A stretch of 64,000 bases of DNA from assembly GCA_026706635.1 (NCBI GenBank), contig JAPOYJ010000033.1, positions 1,044 through 65,043 of the forward strand, in the 5' to 3' direction. The stretch is from Gemmatimonadota bacterium (GTDB lineage: Bacteria; Gemmatimonadota; Gemmatimonadetes; Longimicrobiales; Gaopeijiaceae). Positions 36,389 to 42,937 of the stretch are shown here, piece after piece. Every line of letters starts with the position of its first letter. Position 1 is the first letter of the stretch. Below the pieces are notes generated by a model. It was not told the DNA's origin. It worked only from the letters and a program-made list of their open reading frames with translations, and did not search any database. Made by a program: the position numbers and the translations under genes.

Positions 36389-37184
36389 AGCGCCCCTCGA
36401 TGTAGCCGGTGGTCCGCTCGTCCCTGGCCTCGCCCGCGAAGAGATCCTCGGTGTCGCCGATCTCGACCAGCTCGCCCATCAGGAAGAAGGCGGTGCGGTC
36501 GGCGAGACGGCGCGCCTGCTGCACCAGATTCGTGACCAGCACTATCGTGAGCTCGGAGCGAAGCTCCTTCAGCACGTCCTCTATCCGCATCGTCGTGACC
36601 GGATCGACGGCGATGGAGAACTCGTCCAAAAGGAGCAGCTCGGGCTCCTGCGAGAGTGCGCGGGCGATCGTGAGGCGCTGCTGCTGTCCCCCCGAGAGCA
36701 GGCTTCCCAGGGAGTCGAGCCGGTCCTTGACCTCGTCCCAGAGCGCGGCGCGCCTGAGGCACCTCTCGACGACCTCGTCCAGCTGGGCCCTCCTGCGGAC
36801 TCCGCGCAGCCGGGGCGAGAAGGCGACGTTCTCGTAGACCGTCAGCGGCAGTCCGACCGGCAGCGGAAACACGACCCCGATGCGTCGACGCAGAGCGTAC
36901 TCGTTGCGCCAGTCGTTGACGTTCTTCCCGTTGATCCGAATGCTCCCCTCCACCTGCATGGCCGGGTTGAAGGCGTCCATGCGGTTCAGAGCGCGCAGGA
37001 AGGACGTCTTGCCGCTGTTGGCCGGGCCGATGATCCCGAAGATCTCGTGGCGGTGGATCTCCAGGGTGACGTTGTCCAGGGCGCGCCTGCCGCCGTACGC
37101 GATGGAGAGGTCGCGGACCTCGATTACGGGCGAATCGTCGTACGCCGGGCCGGCGCCGCCGCTGGCGACGGTCGCCTCTACCAC
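36381..37184 (-). CDS. pstB: phosphate ABC transporter ATPase, copy 2 (intact signature; Q-loop and H-loop substituted)
   Basis: GPANSGKTS, VVFPLPVGLP (Q to P), LSGGQQQRL, LLLLDEFSIAVD, VTNLVQQA (H to N), YIEGRYG. GTG at 37184 overlaps the pstA stop. Confidence 0.85.
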   Translation of the reverse strand: MVEATVASGGAGPAYDDSPVIEVRDLSIAYGGRRALDNVTLEIHRHEIFGIIGPANSGKTSFLRALNRMDAFNPAMQVEGSIRINGKNVNDWRNEYALRRRIGVVFPLPVGLPLTVYENVAFSPRLRGVRRRAQLDEVVERCLRRAALWDEVKDRLDSLGSLLSGGQQQRLTIARALSQEPELLLLDEFSIAVDPVTTMRIEDVLKELRSELTIVLVTNLVQQARRLADRTAFFLMGELVEIGDTEDLFAGEARDERTTGYIEGRYG

Positions 37185-38071
37185 TTCTTCAGCCCCCTGA
37201 GGTAGACGCGGAACCCGATCGACACGGCGTTCATCAGGAGCACGATGGCGATCAGCACGAGCGCCACCCCGAAGGTGAGCTCCTCCGGCACGTCGGTCGC
37301 CTGGGTCGCGATGTAGTAGAGGTGGTACGACATCGCCATCGTCTGGTCGAGGACGCTCTCCGGGAGGAAGGCCACGAAGGCGGTGGCTCCCGTGAACATG
37401 ATCGGCGCGGTCTCTCCGGCCGTGCGCGAGACCTCCAGGATCACGCCGGTGAGGATTCCGCTGACCGAATTGGGAAGCACCACCTTGCGGATCGTCTGCC
37501 AGCGGGTGGCCCCCATGTTCAGGCACGCGTCCCGGAAGGCCTGCGGCACCGCCTGGAGCGACTCGCGGGTGGCGACGATCACGACCGGCAGCGTCATGAT
37601 CGCCAGGGTGAGGCCGGCGGCGAGAATCGAGGCGCCGAACCTGAAGAAGAGCACGAACGCCCCCACCCCGAAGAGCGCGTGCACGATCGACGGCACCCCC
37701 GCCAAGTTGATGATGGCCAGGTTGATGGTCCGGGTGAGCAGGTTGTCCGGCGCGTACTCGCTCAGGTACAGCGCCGCGGCCACGCCGAGCGGCACCGACG
37801 CCAGGAGCGCGACTACCACGAGCCAGACGGTGCCAACGAGCGCCGGGAGTATGCCCCCCGCCGTCATGTTGTCCTTCGGCGGGGTGAAGAGGAACTCCCA
37901 GGAGATCGCGGGCCCGCCCTTGACCACCAGCGTGCCCACGATGAGGAGCACCGGAACCACGAGCGCCACCGTCATCAGGCAGAAGACGGCTCGCGCGACG
38001 CTCTGGTTACGGGAGCTGCGTCTGTTCAGCCGCGTCGCGGCGAACATGGGGTGTTGGCGGGCCGTGGACAT
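37178..38071 (-). CDS. pstA: phosphate ABC transporter permease PstA
   Basis: 297 aa, 6 TM, permease EAA region (SRTAGETAPIMFTGA). Confidence 0.9.
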   Translation of the reverse strand: MSTARQHPMFAATRLNRRSSRNQSVARAVFCLMTVALVVPVLLIVGTLVVKGGPAISWEFLFTPPKDNMTAGGILPALVGTVWLVVVALLASVPLGVAAALYLSEYAPDNLLTRTINLAIINLAGVPSIVHALFGVGAFVLFFRFGASILAAGLTLAIMTLPVVIVATRESLQAVPQAFRDACLNMGATRWQTIRKVVLPNSVSGILTGVILEVSRTAGETAPIMFTGATAFVAFLPESVLDQTMAMSYHLYYIATQATDVPEELTFGVALVLIAIVLLMNAVSIGFRVYLRGLKKW

Positions 38072-38140
38072 GGGCCGCTAGCGGTCCATGGACAGAGCCG
38101 CCCGAGCACCGAGAGCGGCGAGGCGCCGGGCTGGCAAGGC

Positions 38141-38248
38141 GCGACGAAGCGGGAATAGCAGCGCTATTCGTGCGAGGAGTAACGCAGAGCCCAGCCGTCC
38201 AGCGTGGATGCATCGCCGCTCGAATGCCGGGGGGATTCTGTGCATGGG
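38141..38248 (+). repeat. GC-rich repeat module (copy D, lacks the AT-rich double palindrome) in the pstC-pstA intergenic gap
   Basis: ...agccgtccagcgtggatgcatcgccgctcgaatgccggggggattctgtgcatggg aligns with copies B and C. Confidence 0.55.
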
Positions 38249-38252
38249 CCGC

Positions 38253-39185
38253 TTACTCCTTCCGGATTCCGCGGACGACGATGTCCGCGGTGAGGTTGAT
38301 CGCGAAGGTGACCACGAAGAGGAGGATGCCCAGGGTGAAGAGGGAGCCGTAGTGATCCCCTCCCGTCACCGTGTCGCCGAGCTCGGCGGCGATCGTCGCG
38401 GTGAGCGCCCGCACCGAGTCGAAGACGCTGGTGGGGAGGTTGATCGCGTGGCCCGAGGCCATCAGCACGGCCATCGTCTCCCCGAACCCTCTCCCGACGC
38501 CCAGGAGCACGGCGGCCAGCAGCCCGTTCCGGGACGCCGGAATCACCACCTTGAGGATCACCTCCCAGCGGGTCGCCCCCAGCGCTTCCGCCGCCTCGCG
38601 GTAGGTGTCGGGCACCGCCTTGAGCGCATCCTCGGCGATCGTCGTCATGATGGGGGCTGCCATCAGCCCCAGGATCAGCCCTGCGTTGAGGACATTCAGC
38701 CCCACCGGGATCTCGAAGGTCTGGATGATGAGCGGGTTCATGATCGACATGCCCACGAACCCCCACACCACCGATGGGATCGCCGCCAGCATCTCCACTA
38801 GGACCTTCAGCGTCTCGCGCGTCTTGCCGCTGGCGAACTCCGCGATGAAGAGCGCCGCGCCCAGCGACAGGGGGACCGACAGGAGCATCGCGAAGCCCGT
38901 CACGCTGGCGGTGCCCACGATCAGCGCCAGCGCCCCGTACGTCGGGTTGTTGGAGGTGGGCCGCCACGCGATCGAGGTCAGGAATTCTCCCAGCTTCAAC
39001 GGCCCCAGGACGAAGCCGAGACCCTCCTTGGTGATGAAGACGAAGATCCCGACGATGAAGACGATCGCCGAAATGCCCCCGACGAAGACGAGGAGGCGGG
39101 CGGCACGGTCCACATGCCACGCCATGTCCCTGCGATCCATTGCGCCGATGCCCGCACCGGCGCCGGGGCTGTCGGCAGGCGTCAC
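38253..39185 (-). CDS. pstC: phosphate ABC transporter permease PstC
   Basis: Multi-TM with the EAA loop GRGFGETMAVLMASG. GTG at 39185 forms a GTGA overlap with the upstream stop (alternative ATG at 39140). Confidence 0.85.
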   Translation of the reverse strand: MTPADSPGAGAGIGAMDRRDMAWHVDRAARLLVFVGGISAIVFIVGIFVFITKEGLGFVLGPLKLGEFLTSIAWRPTSNNPTYGALALIVGTASVTGFAMLLSVPLSLGAALFIAEFASGKTRETLKVLVEMLAAIPSVVWGFVGMSIMNPLIIQTFEIPVGLNVLNAGLILGLMAAPIMTTIAEDALKAVPDTYREAAEALGATRWEVILKVVIPASRNGLLAAVLLGVGRGFGETMAVLMASGHAINLPTSVFDSVRALTATIAAELGDTVTGGDHYGSLFTLGILLFVVTFAINLTADIVVRGIRKE

Positions 39186-40258
39186 TCGTCGTCCCGCACT
39201 CCGAGAGTCTTCATGAGGCCGCGCAGGCGGACCATGAGGGCACGGTACAGCTCCTCCACCTCCGAATCGGCGGTGATTCCGTCCTCCGCCAAGTCCCACT
39301 GAAGCACGGCCGTCCGATATGGAACGTCGAAGTGCGGCGACGGGTCCAGGCCGATCCCCACCACCACATGGTAGTGCGGGCCCACGTCGAGCGCCTCGTC
39401 AAGAGAGCGGGGGAATTCGTCCTCAGGCAGCGCCACCCCCCGTCGCCTGCAGAATGCGGGGAGCCTCTCGTCGAAGCCGGGCGCGGGCTCCAGCCCGGCC
39501 GACCGGAAGCGCCCCGCGTGCGGATAGGTCTCCTCGAGTGCGATCTCAGCCAGCCTGCTCGCGAGGGAGTGGTCCCTGTCGACGAATAGGATCCGGTACC
39601 GCTTCTCCTTCTTGCGCCGTCCTGTGACGGCGAAGAGCGTCATCTCGCACGCGTTGTCGGCCTGTTCCGCCGTCCGCTGCAGGAGCCTGAAGACGAGCAG
39701 CGCCCCGAAGAGGTCCCGGGCAGGACAGCGCTCCGACTCCGCCGCCGAGATCAGCCCCTCGACGGCGTGGGGATAGATCGCGGCAGTCTGCGAGGCGATG
39801 CCGTGCGAGGTGCGGGCGCTGTCGGGGTCTCCCTCGACGAAACCCCTGAACGCGGTGCCGAGCGCCTTGCCGGCGTGCGCGCCCATCATCGCGATGTTGT
39901 GAGCGACGGCGTCCGGAAGCGGCGTCTCGATGTCGCGCGCCACCCGGCAGATCGCCACCGAGTAGTCGCCCACCCGTTCCAGCGCCACCGCGAGTCGCAG
40001 CACGGCCGAGGTGAACCTCAGGTGACTTCCGCTCGGGAGGTGGCGCGCCACGAAGAGATGGCAGAGGTGGTCGAGGGCCCGCGTCGCCTGGTTGGCCGCC
40101 CGATCCTTGATCAGCGTCTCGTTGGCGAGTCGCGGATCTGAGTCGAGAACCGCGCGGACGCTGTGCCGGAGATTGTCCTCGACCTGCTCCGCCACCGCCT
40201 GGAGGCGGCCCCGAATCTCCTGCAGATCCGCCTCCAGCCGCTTGTCGTAGATGCTCAC
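39182..40258 (-). CDS. PhoU-domain protein fused to a degenerate LMW-PTP/ArsC-like domain
   Basis: Two PhoU repeats (...LRFTSAVLRLAVALERVGDYSV...), then YRILFVDRDHSLASRLAE aligning to the LMW-PTP P-loop ILFVCxGNxCRSxxAE with Cys to Asp and Arg to Ala. GTGA overlap with the pstS stop. Confidence 0.8.
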   Translation of the reverse strand: MSIYDKRLEADLQEIRGRLQAVAEQVEDNLRHSVRAVLDSDPRLANETLIKDRAANQATRALDHLCHLFVARHLPSGSHLRFTSAVLRLAVALERVGDYSVAICRVARDIETPLPDAVAHNIAMMGAHAGKALGTAFRGFVEGDPDSARTSHGIASQTAAIYPHAVEGLISAAESERCPARDLFGALLVFRLLQRTAEQADNACEMTLFAVTGRRKKEKRYRILFVDRDHSLASRLAEIALEETYPHAGRFRSAGLEPAPGFDERLPAFCRRRGVALPEDEFPRSLDEALDVGPHYHVVVGIGLDPSPHFDVPYRTAVLQWDLAEDGITADSEVEELYRALMVRLRGLMKTLGVRDDE

Positions 40259-41139
40259 GCGCACTCCGTCTCCGTGTAGGGAGCGTAGCCACGCTCGATG
40301 ATCACGCACTGGCCGTCGGTGGAGAGTATCCAGTCCATGTACGACCTGACCGCGCCCTGGGGCTGGCCCGCCGTGTACATGAAGAGCGGGCGCGCGATGG
40401 GATAGCTTCCGCTGACGGCGGTGGAGACGGACGGTTCGACGCAGTCGCCGCCCTCCTCCACCGTGACGCAGGGCATGCGCACGTGCTCGGTCGCGTAGGC
40501 GAGTCCGCTGTACCCGATCGCGCAGGGGGTGTTCTCCACCAGATCGACCACGTCCTTGGAGCCGTGCATGTCCCGGGAACCGAGCTTGTACTCGGCGTCG
40601 TCGCCCAGGACCGTCTCCTTGAAGTAGACGTAGGTGCCCGAGTTGTTCTGCCTGCTGACGAGCACGATCTCGTCGGAGCCGCAGCCGGGCACCCTCACCC
40701 CCAGCTCCGACCACTGCGTAGTCGTTCCGCCCTCGCCGTAGATGCCCCTGAGCTGGGCCAGGCTGAGGCCTTCGATGGGGTTGTCCTCGTGCACGTAGAC
40801 GGCCAGCGCGTCGTAGCCAACGACGAATTCGACGGGCTCGACGCCATTCTCGCGGGCCAGCTCGATCTCCGATTCGCGCATCTTTCTGGACGAGTTCGCG
40901 ATGTCGACGGTGCCGTTGATCATCGCGGAAATGCCAGTGCCGGATCCGCCGCCCGTGACCGCGACCGCCACCTTCGCGTTGACTGCGGCGTATGCTTCGG
41001 CCCAGGCCTGGGCGACGTTCAGGAGCGTGTCGGAGCCGCGGTTCTGGATGACCGCCCGCTGACTCCCGTCGCCCCCGCCCCCGCACGCTGCGACGGTCAG
41101 CGCTACGAGTGGGACGATCCGCTGCGCGATCTGCTTCAC
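40255..41139 (-). CDS. pstS: phosphate-binding lipoprotein PstS
   Basis: Lipobox LTVAAC; GSDTLLNVAQAW...GGGSGTGI...NSSR is the PstS/PBP signature. Confidence 0.9.
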   Translation of the reverse strand: MKQIAQRIVPLVALTVAACGGGGDGSQRAVIQNRGSDTLLNVAQAWAEAYAAVNAKVAVAVTGGGSGTGISAMINGTVDIANSSRKMRESEIELARENGVEPVEFVVGYDALAVYVHEDNPIEGLSLAQLRGIYGEGGTTTQWSELGVRVPGCGSDEIVLVSRQNNSGTYVYFKETVLGDDAEYKLGSRDMHGSKDVVDLVENTPCAIGYSGLAYATEHVRMPCVTVEEGGDCVEPSVSTAVSGSYPIARPLFMYTAGQPQGAVRSYMDWILSTDGQCVIIERGYAPYTETECA

Positions 41140-41296
41140 TGTGTCTCTCCGTTTCTCGATCTGGACGATGGAACTCTAGCAGCCCGCGGGCAAACCTATG
41201 ACTCGCAATGCCCGTGCCCGTGGCCTCGCTCTGCATTCCTCCGCAGGTCGGTAGCGCCGCTACCAGCCCGAGTTCCCCCAGGGCAGCCCCGGCGGG

Positions 41297-42463
41297 TCAG
41301 TAGTAGAGGTAGCTCTGTATCTTGCACGAGTAATGCGTGGACTCGGGTCCTTGTCGGTAGATGTCCAGGTTGGCGCCGATCCGGTTTCTGCCCTTTATGT
41401 AGAGGAAGAGGCCGGGGGTGACGACCATCCCGGCGTCGGTCGGGGCCGCCCTCTCCGGATCTCCCCAGCTGACTCGCGCCATCGGCTCTATCGCCTCCAG
41501 CCGCGACCCCTCCAGCGGGAAGTAGCGGCTGAGAATCCCCTGCCAGGCGAGGAACCGGGGCGGCCCGTCCTCCGTCGATTCCAGCCAGTTGGCACCTGCA
41601 ACGAGACCGAGCTGCAGATGCGTCCCGTCGCGGAAGCCGCCGAGCTCGAGGTCCGCTCCGAAGGCGGTGGCGGCCTTGCTGCTGTCGCGGGAGTCGAGGT
41701 AGTCGTGTCTGGACACGTTTCCCGCAAGCGTCAGGTCGTCGGTCAGATCCAGCGACAGGCGGGCGGCCAGCGACTTGCCCGAATTCTCGTCGGACCCCGA
41801 TGTGCCCGTGCCGTTGGTGAGCGTCGCCATGTAGCGGACCCGTTCGCCAAGCGATCCGTCCACCTTCACCCCGATGTCGCGGTCCGAGTATCCCAGCTTC
41901 TCGGTGAACCGGCTGAGCGAGCACACCCCGCCCACCCCTGCGCACGCCTCCAACCCGTCGATCCGACCGGTCCTCTCCACCACCACGATCTCGGTGGAGC
42001 TGTTCAGCTCGAAGAGGTCGAAGGCCCGCTTGAACTGCCCCATCGAGACCCTTAAGGCGCGGTCGAAGCCGAGTCGGAAGTACGCGTCCTTCAGCTCCAG
42101 CTTCCCGCCCCCGAAGTCGGGCTGAACGCGGGCGTCGAGAAGCGGCGTGACGCGCACATCGATAGTGAGCCGGGCGCGGCGTGTGAAGAAGTCGGTGGCC
42201 TTGCCCTCTTCGGCCGAGCTCGTGGCGAACTGCGTGTGGAGACGGCCTCCGAAGCGAACCTCCCCACCTCGGGCGCTAATATCCGCCTGTCCCGCCAGCG
42301 CCGTGGGGAGGGCGGCGACGAGGGAGAGCATCAGCAGTCCGTGGATAATCTCGCGCGAGCACCGAGACCGGCGAAGCTCCGCCGGGCGAATGCCGTCGGG
42401 GTCGTGTTCGCGGCCCGCCCCGCTGGCGAGGTGCCGGGCCGAGAGGGAGAGATACCTTTCCAC
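41297..42463 (-). CDS. phosphate-selective porin O/P family protein (start between 42331 and 42463)
   Basis: ...RFGGRLHTQF...FTRRARLTIDV...LKDAYFRLGF...MGQFKRAFDLFEL is OprO/OprP-like. Ends in aromatic residues ...YLYY. Confidence 0.75.
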   Translation of the reverse strand: MERYLSLSARHLASGAGREHDPDGIRPAELRRSRCSREIIHGLLMLSLVAALPTALAGQADISARGGEVRFGGRLHTQFATSSAEEGKATDFFTRRARLTIDVRVTPLLDARVQPDFGGGKLELKDAYFRLGFDRALRVSMGQFKRAFDLFELNSSTEIVVVERTGRIDGLEACAGVGGVCSLSRFTEKLGYSDRDIGVKVDGSLGERVRYMATLTNGTGTSGSDENSGKSLAARLSLDLTDDLTLAGNVSRHDYLDSRDSSKAATAFGADLELGGFRDGTHLQLGLVAGANWLESTEDGPPRFLAWQGILSRYFPLEGSRLEAIEPMARVSWGDPERAAPTDAGMVVTPGLFLYIKGRNRIGANLDIYRQGPESTHYSCKIQSYLYY

Positions 42464-42640
42464 GGGCTGCCGTGAGCCTCCTGTGCAGTGGGATCGGCGG
42501 CCGGGCGAGGGGGCGTTGGTCCCGCCGCCAGCTCCGTGTGACCCCCTACGATAGAGGCCCCATGTAAAGTTATAGTGCTACCAGACGGGTGTGGAGCGGT
42601 CACGTTCGGAGGTGTGCGCAGCGGGCGCGTATCGATTGAG

Positions 42641-42679
42641 TGTAAACCACGCATTACATAGTGTCACGTAGAGTTTACA
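42641..42679 (+). promoter_or_regulatory. 39-bp double palindrome, site S4 (TGTAAA-N6-ATTACA tag TGTCAC-N6-TTTACA)
   Basis: Read directly. Followed by a diverged GC-rich module (42680-42744). 170 bp upstream of tRNA-Asn. Confidence 0.55.
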
Positions 42680-42848
42680 GTACTGTTCCTCGGCTTCGCT
42701 CCCCGTCCGGCGCTGCAGCACCGTCTCGGGAGGGTTTCGGGCCCAGCAGTCCTGGATAATCTCGCGCGAGCACCGAGAGCGGCGAAGCGCCCGTCGCCCC
42801 GTTGACTCCCGTCGTCCCGCTGGCGATCCTTCCAGGCTTGTCAACCGA

Positions 42849-42921
42849 TCCCGCGTAGCTCAGCTGGTAGAGCAGACGGCTGTTAACCGTCGGGTCGCAG
42901 GTTCGAGTCCTGCCGCGGGAG
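42849..42921 (+). tRNA. tRNA-Asn (anticodon GTT), no encoded CCA
   Basis: Acceptor stem tcccgcg/cgcggga, D-arm tagctcagctggtagagc, anticodon loop ct-GTT-aa, T-arm gcaggttcgagtcctgc. 73 nt. Confidence 0.9.
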
Positions 42922-42937
42922 TACTCAAGGAGAGGCC

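Noticed and set aside
42341-42921. Integrated element at tRNA-Asn with att-like direct repeats.
   Set aside because: The repeats lie upstream of the tRNA and do not include tRNA sequence. Only about 300 bp lie between them, and there is no integrase anywhere in the window.
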